DNA of 64,000 nt from a candidate division WOR-3 bacterium. GTDB taxonomy: Bacteria > Hydrothermota > Tepidihabitantia > Tepidihabitantales > Tepidihabitantaceae. The notes under the pieces were generated by a model that worked only from the letters and a program-made list of their open reading frames with translations, did no database searches and was not told where the DNA came from. Made by a program: the position numbers and the translations under genes. This document shows, in pieces, positions 55,403 to 64,000 of the stretch. The stretch covers positions 32,001 to 96,000 of the forward strand of contig CBFGIT010000010.1 of NCBI GenBank assembly GCA_965648905.1, given 5' to 3'. Each line of letters starts with the position of its first letter. Position 1 is the first letter of the stretch.

Positions 55403-57990
55403 GTCTCTCTGAGCAGGTCGCCCGCTACATGAGCCTGCGTGAGCCGCAGGCTGAGGCGCTTTCGGTGCTTGAGAGCATCAGCGAGGGACTGGACTACAGG
55501 TCGGCGCAACTGGCGGCAGTGGCAGAAAAGGCGACCGGCCTGAGTCGAGGCGCAAGGCCGGTCGAGTTCGACACCGAGTTTCCGTCGTTCTGCTTCGCCC
55601 TTGCGACCGGCGTGGGTAAGACGCGGCTGATGGGCGCGTGCGTGTATCACCTCTGGAAGTCAAAGGGCTACCGAAACTTCTTCATCCTCGCCCCGGGCAT
55701 GACCATCTACGACAAGCTGCGGGCCGAGCTTGAGCCGAGCCACCCGAAGTACATGTTCGTGGGCTTGTCCGACTTCCCCGCGCCTGCGGTGTATGACGGT
55801 GACAGCTACCTGCGGTTCGATGCCCGGCCCAGGCTATTCGAGGAGAAACAGGCGAACGTCTTTGTGTTCAACATCGGCAAGATATTCGCGCCGAAAACCG
55901 ACCGCCAATTCAAGTTCCACCGGTTCAACGAGAACCTGGGCGCTGCATTCTCGGACGTACTGCGGCAGATGGGCGACCTGGTCGTGCTGATGGACGAGAG
56001 CCACCGGTATCGGGGCGAGGCGTCCCTCAAGGCAATCAACGACTTGAAGCCGGTGCTGGGGCTTGAGTTCACGGCCACGCCCAAGTACCAGAGGAACGTC
56101 ATCTACTCATTCGGTCTGGCTCAGGCCATCGGCCGGTTCGTGAAGACGCCCACCGTTGTCACCCGCACGAACCTGACTACCTCTGACAAGCAGGAGATGG
56201 AGCGCCTGAAGCTCCAGGACGGCATGACCCGCCATGAGGCCAAGAAGGCGCGGCTGGCCGAGTACTGCGCGGCCGGCCGGAAGGAACTGGTCAAGCCGTT
56301 CGTGCTGGTCTCCACCGCGGATACGGAACACGCCGGCAGGATACGCGCGCTCGTCGAGTCGGAGAGCTTCTGCGAAGGAAGATACAAGGGCAAGGTGATT
56401 GAGATACACTCCGGTAAGACCGGAGCGGAGAGCGATGAGAACGTACAGCGGTTGCTGGAGGTCGAACTCCCTACCAGCACGGTGGAGGTTGTGATTCACG
56501 TGAACATGCTCAAGGAGGGCTGGGACGTGAAGAACCTGTACACCATCGTGCCCTTGCGAGCGTCAGTGAGCGATATTCTGACTGAACAGACCATCGGTCG
56601 CGGATTGCGACTGCCGTTCGGCACGCCAACCGGCATTCAGGACCTTGATGAATTGGAGATAATGTCGCACGACAACTACGCGAAGCTCATTGAGGCAGCT
56701 AAGGGGAGTCCGCTGTTTCACTTCAAGGAGCTTCCACCCGAAGACTTGCGCCCGGTGAAGACCGTGCAGGTGCAGCATGGATTCCTGGACCTGGATAAGG
56801 TGTTGGATAGAGCTGATGCGCTCGCCAACGATATCTTCACCGGTGACCTGCCGGTCGACGAGCGGATAGACACCGTGGTGGATGCCGTTGTCCGCGAGAT
56901 GGCCGAAGCGCACGAGATAAGAGCCAGAGCGCACGAAGCCGGTGTAGAACCTGTCGTAACGCCGGCGCAGGCCGAGATGTTCGCTCTGCCCGAGGCCCCG
57001 AAGCTGGGCGAGAAGTTCGACTCTGAGCAGGCGCGGGCGGCACTGACCAAACGGCTGACCATGTTCTTCGACAGGGCCATCCGCGTACCGCGCATTGACA
57101 TGGAGGTTGTGACCGAGCGAACACTCATGCCCTTCCTCGCAAAGGTGACTCGCGGGCCATTCTCGCTGGTGAAACAGCACCTGCAGACGGGCGTCCTCCC
57201 AACCGGAGAGGTCAGGCAAGGTGAGGAGGTTGAGGTTCTGGCGATAGACAACCCGCGCGGGTTCCTTGCCGGCAAGCTGATTGATGCCATTGAGGAGCTC
57301 GATGCGCCAGGCGACAAGGAAGTCGCTCTGAGGCTGGTGGACGAATACATGGCCGGGATGGGGGCATCCGCAGAGGACTTGCCCAGGCTGGTGCACCTGT
57401 ATCGGGACGTGATAGTCGAGGACCTGCGCGGGCAGGTTGAGGCCCACCTGAAGGAGCACACAAACAGCAAGCCGGTTGTGAGGAGCGGATTCATCAAGTT
57501 CCGCCCATCAACGAAGGCCGTGTTGGAGAAGGACGGCATCAGGCAGTTCCGAGATGACGTGCCACGCGCCGACGTACCCAAGTATGCTTTCGAGGGGTAC
57601 ACAAAGACCATCTACACCTTGGTGTCGTACGACTCAACACCGGAGAAGGACTTCGCGACTGCTTTGGAAGATGACCCGGAGGTCCTGAAGTGGGTTCGGC
57701 CGCCCGACGGCAACATCCCGATACGCGCCGGCGGCAGCAACTACAACCCGGACTTCATAGTCGAGACTGCCGACCGGAAGTACATCGTTGAAGTCAAACG
57801 CCGGAGCGAACTGCTTCCGAAGATGGACGAAGAGGTTCGTCACAAGGCGCTGGCTGCGACCAGGTGGTGCGAGGTCGCGAGTGCCGTGCCCAACTCGAAG
57901 CCCTGGGAGTACAAGCTTATCCCCGACGACGTCATCCTCCCCGGTCGCAACTTCGCCTTCATCATCAGCCACGCCGTGAGGGGTTGGTAG
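55399..57990 (+). CDS. Type III restriction endonuclease (Res), DEAD-like helicase + PD-(D/E)xK
   Basis: LATGVGKT, MDESHRY, EFTATP, MLKEGWDV, EQTIGRGLR, YNPDFIVE....IVEVK. Confidence 0.92.
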   Translation: MSLSEQVARYMSLREPQAEALSVLESISEGLDYRSAQLAAVAEKATGLSRGARPVEFDTEFPSFCFALATGVGKTRLMGACVYHLWKSKGYRNFFILAPGMTIYDKLRAELEPSHPKYMFVGLSDFPAPAVYDGDSYLRFDARPRLFEEKQANVFVFNIGKIFAPKTDRQFKFHRFNENLGAAFSDVLRQMGDLVVLMDESHRYRGEASLKAINDLKPVLGLEFTATPKYQRNVIYSFGLAQAIGRFVKTPTVVTRTNLTTSDKQEMERLKLQDGMTRHEAKKARLAEYCAAGRKELVKPFVLVSTADTEHAGRIRALVESESFCEGRYKGKVIEIHSGKTGAESDENVQRLLEVELPTSTVEVVIHVNMLKEGWDVKNLYTIVPLRASVSDILTEQTIGRGLRLPFGTPTGIQDLDELEIMSHDNYAKLIEAAKGSPLFHFKELPPEDLRPVKTVQVQHGFLDLDKVLDRADALANDIFTGDLPVDERIDTVVDAVVREMAEAHEIRARAHEAGVEPVVTPAQAEMFALPEAPKLGEKFDSEQARAALTKRLTMFFDRAIRVPRIDMEVVTERTLMPFLAKVTRGPFSLVKQHLQTGVLPTGEVRQGEEVEVLAIDNPRGFLAGKLIDAIEELDAPGDKEVALRLVDEYMAGMGASAEDLPRLVHLYRDVIVEDLRGQVEAHLKEHTNSKPVVRSGFIKFRPSTKAVLEKDGIRQFRDDVPRADVPKYAFEGYTKTIYTLVSYDSTPEKDFATALEDDPEVLKWVRPPDGNIPIRAGGSNYNPDFIVETADRKYIVEVKRRSELLPKMDEEVRHKALAATRWCEVASAVPNSKPWEYKLIPDDVILPGRNFAFIISHAVRGW

Positions 57991-58129
57991 GTGAGAAACG
58001 GTGAGAAGGAAACGGTGTCGCAACATGAAACCCTGCCAGCCCAGCGCCCGGCCCTCGTTCCCACTTCTGCCAGCCAGGGTGCCAATCTGACGAGCGAAGA
58101 GCAGTTTCTTCCCGAGGCAGTCTGAAGCT

Positions 58130-61100
58130 ATGCCGTCAACAAGGCCGTCCTCCTACCCACGCGGGTCTGAGTGGAGGAAGTGGGACCTTCACGTGCACAC
58201 GCCGGCGTCGATTGTGAACCACTACCGCGGTCATGATCCCGAAGACAAATGGGAGAAGTTCTTGGCGGACATCGAGCGTCTGCCACCGGAATTCAAGGTG
58301 TTGGGCATCAATGACTACCTGTTTCTTGATGGCTATCGAAGAGTCCTTGAGGAAAGGGCCAAAGGGCGGTTAGCGAACATCGATGGCGTCTTTCCAGTGG
58401 TCGAACTTAGGCTGCGTGACTTCTGTGGAACCGACAGCCGACTCCAGAAGGTCAACCTCCACATTCTCTTCTCTGCTGACCTGGACCCGGGTATCATCGA
58501 ATCTCAGTTCCTTGGCTCGATCCGCACTGACTACAAGCTCGACCCAGCCATCGGTGGCGGGGTATCGTGGTGTGCCGCGCCGGACCGGGATAGCTTGGAG
58601 GACCTCGGCAGGAGGATCATCGAGCAGGCCCCTGCGGAAAAGCGGAGGGGGTATAAAAGTGCTCTCCTCGTCGGTTTTGGTGCTCTGGTGTACGAACTGC
58701 GCACCATCAGAGAGCGATTAAGTAACACGCATCACTTCCACGGCAAATATGTGATCGCAGTAGGAAAGACCGAGTGGGCTGACATACGTTGGACCGACGG
58801 AGCCGCCCTCGCCAAGAAGGACATCATCAACGGAGCAGACTTGGTCTTCGTAGCCTCTGATACTCCAGCCGCGTACTCGCGAGCGCGTAGCCAGCTACAG
58901 GATGCTCACGTGAATAGCAGGCTGCTGGACTGCAGCGACGCTCACTGGAACTCCAACAGCACCGAAAAGGACCGCATAGGTAACTGCTTCACATGGGTGA
59001 AGGCGGACCCGACGTTGGAGGGCCTGAAGCTGGCCGTCAGGGAGTTCGACGACCGCGTGTTCGTAGGGGATGAACCACCGCTCCTGACGCGAGTCAAGAG
59101 CGCCCCAACCAAGTTCATTGACAGCGTGTCGTTCGCAAAGAAACCCACCTCTCATCTGCAGGAGAAGTGGATGGATGGCGTCAAGGTTGAGTTCAATCCC
59201 GGCCTGGTCGCCATTATTGGCAACAGAGGCAGCGGCAAGAGCGCTCTCTCAGACACCATTGGGCTGTTGGGAAACACGAAGCAGTATCGGGATTTCTCCT
59301 TTCTGTCCGACACAAAGTTCCGAGACCCGAAGTCAGGCACCAAGGCAGAGAACTTCGAGGCGACGATGACATGGGCAAGTGGCGGTGCGGAACCTGCCAA
59401 GAATCTCAACACTAACCCGGCAGAGGGCGCTGTTGAACTCGTGAAGTACATACCCCAGAACTACCTGGAGACTATCTGCAATGAGGTTCGCAGGCTGGAG
59501 GAAGGGGAATTCGACCGCGAGCTGAAGTCGGTCGTCTTCTCCCACGTGGACCCGACCGAAACTCTGGGCTGCGCCGATTTGGATGCCCTCATCAAGTACA
59601 AGACAAAGGCGTCACGCGATACGAGGGACCGCTTGGTCACTGAGCTGGGCGAACTGAATGCTTCCATCGTCGCCCTGGAACGTGAAGCGTCTCCAGAGCG
59701 CAAGGCGGAGTTGGAGAACGCCATCAAGCAGAAAGAGCTCGAGCTTGATGCTCACGACAAGTCCGAGCCTCCTGCAATGATCGAACCAAAGGCAGACCCC
59801 GATTCTCAAGCAAGGACGGAAGAGATAACCGCAAGGATGATCGGATTGGATAAGGAACTCGGCGAAGCCGATGAGGCCATCAGGCAGGCGCAGACGGCGT
59901 TGGAAACCGCTAACAGACGAGAGGCCGCAGCGCAGCGACTCTTGGACAAGCTAGCCAATCTACGTCGGTCATACTCCGCCTTCGTCGAGGAGTGCAGAGC
60001 CGACGCCGGCCTGCTGGGTCTTGCGGTTGAATCGCTGGTGGAGATACGGGTAGACACATCGAGAATCGATGAACTGCTGAAGGGCGTGCGTGAGGAACAA
60101 CAGGCCAGAAGACGCGAACTCGACAGGACTGACCCCACTTCACTTGTCTCGAAGCGAACCAGACTTGATGAAGACCTCAAGGCGCTGCGGTCACAACTCG
60201 ACGAGCCGAACCGGAAGTACCAGACATATCGAGCTCAACTCAAGGACTGGTTTGTCGGCCGGGCCAGAATCGTCGGCGATCAAGCCACGCCTGGCTCTCT
60301 GGAGTACCTGAAGAGCAAGCTGAATGACCTAGCGAACATCCCTGCAAGACTGACTGAGAAGCGCAAGCAGCGAGAAGCGAAGGTCCGGGAGATTCACGAC
60401 AAGATCGCTGAACTGGCTGATAGCTACCGGGTGATGTTCCGCGGAGTGGACGATTTCGTGCACCGGCACCCGTTGGCAGCCGAACTCGCGATTAGCTTCA
60501 AGGTGGACATCGTGCCGATGAAGCTTGAAGACGAATTCCTAGGTCTTATCAATCAGAAACGGGCCGGCACTTTCTGTGGTGCGGATGAAGGCCGCGAGAG
60601 GCTCCGTCACCTTGTGGCGCCGGTGCAATTCCACGACCGGGAACAAGTTCTGGACTTCCTCCGCAAGCTTGAAGACGCCCTGACACACGACCGCCGCAGC
60701 CCCCGTGGCGAGGCCACTCAGGTGGAAGGGCAACTTCGCAAGGGAGTGGAAGTCAAGCAACTCTACGACTGCATCTACTCCCTGTCGTACTTGCAGCCTC
60801 GGTATCTGCTGGAATGGGAGGGCAAGGACTTGTCCGTGCTCTCACCGGGTGAGAGGGGTACCCTGTTGCTTGCGTTCTACTTGCTTATCGACAGAAGCAC
60901 CGTTCCGCTCGTCATCGACCAACCCGAAGAGAACCTCGACAACGAGACGGTCTTCAAAGTCCTCGTCAAATGCCTCAAGGATGCCAAGAAGCGCCGGCAG
61001 GTTATCATCGTTACCCACAACCCAAATCTTGCAGTCGTTTGCGACGCTGACCAAGTCATCTACGCCAACATCGACAAACAGGATGGCAACCGAATTGACT

Positions 61101-61234
61101 ACGAAAGCGGCGCCATTGAAAATCCAGCTATCAACAAACACATCGTGGATGTACTTGAGGGCACGAAGCCTGCGTTCCGGAACCGAGACGACAAATACGA
61201 AGCGGTGACCAGCGCAGGAGGGGGGCGTGAGTGA
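58130..61234 (+). CDS. PHP-phosphoesterase + SMC/ABC ATPase fusion (TrlF/Ppl-like defence protein)
   Basis: WRKWDLHVHTP, GINDY, CSDAH; GNRGSGKS, coiled coil, LSPGERG, IDQPEENLD, VTHN. Confidence 0.88.
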   Translation: MPSTRPSSYPRGSEWRKWDLHVHTPASIVNHYRGHDPEDKWEKFLADIERLPPEFKVLGINDYLFLDGYRRVLEERAKGRLANIDGVFPVVELRLRDFCGTDSRLQKVNLHILFSADLDPGIIESQFLGSIRTDYKLDPAIGGGVSWCAAPDRDSLEDLGRRIIEQAPAEKRRGYKSALLVGFGALVYELRTIRERLSNTHHFHGKYVIAVGKTEWADIRWTDGAALAKKDIINGADLVFVASDTPAAYSRARSQLQDAHVNSRLLDCSDAHWNSNSTEKDRIGNCFTWVKADPTLEGLKLAVREFDDRVFVGDEPPLLTRVKSAPTKFIDSVSFAKKPTSHLQEKWMDGVKVEFNPGLVAIIGNRGSGKSALSDTIGLLGNTKQYRDFSFLSDTKFRDPKSGTKAENFEATMTWASGGAEPAKNLNTNPAEGAVELVKYIPQNYLETICNEVRRLEEGEFDRELKSVVFSHVDPTETLGCADLDALIKYKTKASRDTRDRLVTELGELNASIVALEREASPERKAELENAIKQKELELDAHDKSEPPAMIEPKADPDSQARTEEITARMIGLDKELGEADEAIRQAQTALETANRREAAAQRLLDKLANLRRSYSAFVEECRADAGLLGLAVESLVEIRVDTSRIDELLKGVREEQQARRRELDRTDPTSLVSKRTRLDEDLKALRSQLDEPNRKYQTYRAQLKDWFVGRARIVGDQATPGSLEYLKSKLNDLANIPARLTEKRKQREAKVREIHDKIAELADSYRVMFRGVDDFVHRHPLAAELAISFKVDIVPMKLEDEFLGLINQKRAGTFCGADEGRERLRHLVAPVQFHDREQVLDFLRKLEDALTHDRRSPRGEATQVEGQLRKGVEVKQLYDCIYSLSYLQPRYLLEWEGKDLSVLSPGERGTLLLAFYLLIDRSTVPLVIDQPEENLDNETVFKVLVKCLKDAKKRRQVIIVTHNPNLAVVCDADQVIYANIDKQDGNRIDYESGAIENPAINKHIVDVLEGTKPAFRNRDDKYEAVTSAGGGRE

Positions 61235-61725
61235 TCGCCGGTGACGAGCTTTCCTCCGACCTTTCCGCCGAGTATGCCGACCTGCTGGCACGCACGATGA
61301 ACCTGCTCGGTGATATGAGGAAGCTGGCGTATGAGAAGATGAACCAGTTCCAGCATGAGTACCGTTGCCTGCAAATGGTTGCGGAGCTGAAGCGGCGCGT
61401 CCCGGGCAGGAGACGCCTGAGGTGGCACTGGCATCCGGCCCAGTCGAGTCACCCGAACGAAGGCGACATCGTCGGGTACTCAGGCGCGAGGCCTGTCGTA
61501 CAGGCAGAAGTCACAACGTCGCCCAAGCCAGGCGAGCAGATTGGCAAGCGCATGCGGGAGACGTTGGAGCACCTTGCTGCGCTGCCCGGCGAACACAAGT
61601 TCTACGGCGTGGTGTCGGAGAAGATGCGCCAGCTCGCCGAGACCAGGGCCAAGGCGTACGGCGTCACCGTGGTTCTGCTGCCCGACCCGGCGGCAGATGC
61701 CAAGAGCGAGCCGGCCCGGCGCTGA
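61231..61725 (+). CDS. Hypothetical protein, possible PD-(D/E)xK-fold nuclease
   Basis: GTGA overlap with the ATPase stop; NQFQHEY...NEGDIVG.....VQAEVTT. Confidence 0.5.
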   Translation: MIAGDELSSDLSAEYADLLARTMNLLGDMRKLAYEKMNQFQHEYRCLQMVAELKRRVPGRRRLRWHWHPAQSSHPNEGDIVGYSGARPVVQAEVTTSPKPGEQIGKRMRETLEHLAALPGEHKFYGVVSEKMRQLAETRAKAYGVTVVLLPDPAADAKSEPARR

Positions 61726-61761
61726 CACCCTATGAGGACTGACCTGATAGGCAGGGTCTAC

Positions 61762-61809
61762 ACAACCTTTGGAAGTTGTATTCTTCGACTACAACCCAAT
61801 AGGTATGTA
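61762..61809. promoter_or_regulatory. Two imperfect inverted repeats upstream of satD, candidate operator
   Basis: ACAAC-N8-GTTGT (61762-61779) and TACAACC-caata-GGTATGTA (61790-61809). Confidence 0.45.
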
Positions 61810-61825
61810 GGATTACCGGCGTGAC

Positions 61826-62485
61826 ATGAAGACCCTGTGCATCCTCCTCGGTGATGTCGTCGCCTCGGCCGACGCGGCGGCGCGGACGCACTTGCAGCAG
61901 CGGTTGGCGGCTGCGTGCCGCGCCGCGAACCGGGCGGCGGGCGACGACCTCTTTGCGGCCTTCAAGCCGCTCAAGGGCGTTGATGAGGTGGGCGGCGCGC
62001 TGTTGTCACCACGGTCCGCGTTTGATGTCGTGTGCGCATTTCTCGACGCGATACATCCGTACCGCGTGCGCTTCGTACTGGCGCGAGGCGGCGTTGACGT
62101 AGGATATTCCACGCGTGACGCCGCAAAGCTGGACGGGTCGGTCTTTGGCACCGCCGCGAATCTGATGGGACGGCTCAAGCAGTCGAAGCTGCCGTTCGCG
62201 TCGGCGCTGAACGGGCCGGGTTTCGACGCTGCGGTGTCAGGTCTGTTCAACGTGCTACTGACGATGCGCTGGTCGTGGACCGAGCGGCAGCGTGCCGTAG
62301 TGGCGGCGTATCGGGCTGCGGGTAGCCAGCAGGCCGCGGCCGAGCGGATGGGCATATCCCAGCAGGCGGTGTCCAAGGCGCTGGGCAGCATCGACTGGCG
62401 GGTGTACAGCCAGGCCGAGAAGGCGCTGCGTCAGACGCTCGCGAGCCTGGACGAGTCCGGCACGCCGAAGAAGGCTCAACGGTGA
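61826..62485 (+). CDS. SatD family protein with C-terminal HTH
   Basis: LLGDVVAS, KGVDEV, LDGSVF..A, WTERQRAVV...SQQAAAERMGISQQAVSKAL. Confidence 0.82.
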   Translation: MKTLCILLGDVVASADAAARTHLQQRLAAACRAANRAAGDDLFAAFKPLKGVDEVGGALLSPRSAFDVVCAFLDAIHPYRVRFVLARGGVDVGYSTRDAAKLDGSVFGTAANLMGRLKQSKLPFASALNGPGFDAAVSGLFNVLLTMRWSWTERQRAVVAAYRAAGSQQAAAERMGISQQAVSKALGSIDWRVYSQAEKALRQTLASLDESGTPKKAQR

Positions 62486-62853
62486 TTGGGGCATACAGCC
62501 CGTGGGACCTGCTGGCTGTCCTGTGCGGTTGTGCGCTGCTGGTCTTGACAAGCGGGCTTGTTGTCAGCGCCGTGCTGTGTCGAACATCCGGCCGGCCTCT
62601 GAGCGAGGTGGTGAAGAAATCAGAGCGGGATACCGGGTTCGTAGTCGGGAAGTGTGAGAACATCCTCATCCTGGTTTTCGTCGTTCTCGGCGCCTACACC
62701 GCTCTGGGTCTGGTGTTCGCGGCAAAAGCCGTCGTCCGGGTGGAGGATGCCCGCCGTGAGCCGTTGTTCTATCTTGCCGGCACGATGGTGAACGTGACGT
62801 ACTCGATTCTGTTCGGTCTTGCGGTGAAGATGCTGCTGCATGTCATACCCTGA
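62482..62853 (+). CDS. Small membrane protein, SatD partner (DUF3307-like C-terminal motif)
   Basis: GFVVGKCENILI, LGLVFAAKAVVR, YLAGTMVN. Confidence 0.7.
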   Translation: MIGAYSPWDLLAVLCGCALLVLTSGLVVSAVLCRTSGRPLSEVVKKSERDTGFVVGKCENILILVFVVLGAYTALGLVFAAKAVVRVEDARREPLFYLAGTMVNVTYSILFGLAVKMLLHVIP

Positions 62854-62913
62854 CCAGGAGGCCCGTTTGGAGACGGTGTCACAACCATGAGACTCTGCCT
62901 GCCCAGTGCCTTG

Positions 62914-62970
62914 AGGAAGGGTGAAGGATGAGGGATGAGGAGCGAAGGGCTGAAGAACGAAGAGCGAGAA
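62914..62970. repeat. Degenerate purine-rich ~7-nt tandem repeat
   Basis: AGGAAGG GTGAAGG ATGAGGG ATGAGG AGCGAAG GGCTGAAG AACGAAG AGCGAGA. Confidence 0.6.
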
Positions 62971-63272
62971 GTTCCCGCTCGGCGTCATCGGTGCGGCCTA
63001 TGGGGTTTGCATAACCACCCGTGCGCCGGCTCGTCGAACCAACGCGATGCACAGCTTGACAAGAAGGGCTATCTGCGCATTATCTGACCTGTCCATGCAC
63101 AGAGGCTACCGGCTGTTGCTGGATTGGCCCGGCAGGATGTACCTCTTAGTTAGCATGTCAAGACGATGATGATGAACGCCCGGCTCGCACAGGCGTCGAA
63201 CATTCCTGCCTGGCGCCCGGACCTACGGCTGAACGGACAGGTCCGGCTTGCCAGCTCGCTTTCCTGCACCAG

Positions 63273-64000
63273 ATGATCGTCCCACCCAGTGCGGAGCTCG
63301 GCAGCACTACCCTCCCGAAGAACCGACTTGAAGCGGCCTTCCGCGCGGCCGGTGACCTCGCGGCGCGCCTTGTGGTGCCACGGTGGTTTTTCTTCGTCTT
63401 CCTGGGCTTGTGCACGGCGAGCGCAGTCTTCAGCCAGAGGGCGTTTGCGCTGCAGATATGGCCTCCCCACACGCCGGCTCTCAACTTCGTCTACCGCTGG
63501 TTCGACCCGTACCTGCTGTTCCTTGGCAGCGCGTTCTACGTTTTCTACAAGCTGGGCCGAATGGCCGTGCCATCCCGGCCGGGCCGGCGGCGGAGGTCAC
63601 TGGTGGCCGTCGCGGCCACCTTGTCTCTGTCCGGGATGTTCTTCGCGGGGCTGTACGTCATCGAGGTCGAGGTACTCAAGCCAGTATTCTCAATCAGCCG
63701 GCCCGTCTTCTGGATTGAGCGGTCCGTTGTCCGCGACCTGTTGACGGGGGCCGTAGATGACCAGGGTCTCGTGCGGTCGCTTCGGCCCGCGGATTTCCGG
63801 CAGCCGCTCTCCAGAATCGTCGTAGAAGCTGTCAGGAACGACACCCTAGTACATGTGGACCCGGATGTGGTTCAAGCCGCGCTGGTTGCCGCCGGCGTTT
63901 CGCCGGGAGCAGCACGGCGGCAGGTCGCCGAGGCAATAGCCGGGCACGGGGTTCCCGGCAGGATACCGTCTTTCGACTCCCGAGTAAGGTTGCTGGGGCA
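63273..64000 (+). CDS. Membrane protein, possibly PAP2-family phosphatase (truncated by window end)
   Basis: Manually translated frame is open to the window end; three hydrophobic segments followed by LKPVFSISRP (KX6RP). Confidence 0.5.
   Translation, partial: MIVPPSAELGSTTLPKNRLEAAFRAAGDLAARLVVPRWFFFVFLGLCTASAVFSQRAFALQIWPPHTPALNFVYRWFDPYLLFLGSAFYVFYKLGRMAVPSRPGRRRRSLVAVAATLSLSGMFFAGLYVIEVEVLKPVFSISRPVFWIERSVVRDLLTGAVDDQGLVRSLRPADFRQPLSRIVVEAVRNDTLVHVDPDVVQAALVAAGVSPGAARRQVAEAIAGHGVPGRIPSFDSRVRLLG

Overview
High-GC bacterial chromosome segment. The gene content (PorV-like protein, many secreted proteins with T9SS-type C-terminal domains, Kelch proteins with KGNN motifs) suggests an FCB-related anaerobe such as candidate phylum WOR-3; this is an inference. 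1-10.9 kb holds rplK-rplA-rplJ-rplL-rpoB-rpoC-rpsL-rpsG, with no fusA/tuf following. 11-41 kb holds housekeeping and secreted-protein genes: an Rrf2-ferredoxin-hcp operon, Fpg/Nei glycosylase, an ABC-2 exporter, a B12 radical SAM enzyme, hsp20, ispF, tsaB, coaX and birA. 41.2-43.9 kb is an unexplained minus-strand module. It has two paralogous small helical proteins resembling the A-DNA-wrapping major capsid protein of archaeal filamentous viruses (SIRV2 fold, Adnaviria), flanking an ECF sigma factor and a degenerate HPr-like protein, and an identical promoter-like motif lies upstream of both capsid-like units. 44.6-62.9 kb is a defence island: SNF2 helicase, Gabija-like OLD nuclease + UvrD, a toxin-antitoxin pair, a four-helix-bundle gene in heptamer repeats, type III Mod/Res, a PHP-ATPase and SatD. 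Other highlights are a secreted beta-propeller gene with one in-frame UGA followed by a hairpin (candidate selenoprotein or readthrough), two insertion scars formed by duplicated gene ends, a candidate ~60-nt sRNA, and many leaderless promoters. All family assignments come from motif recognition by eye; no searches were run.
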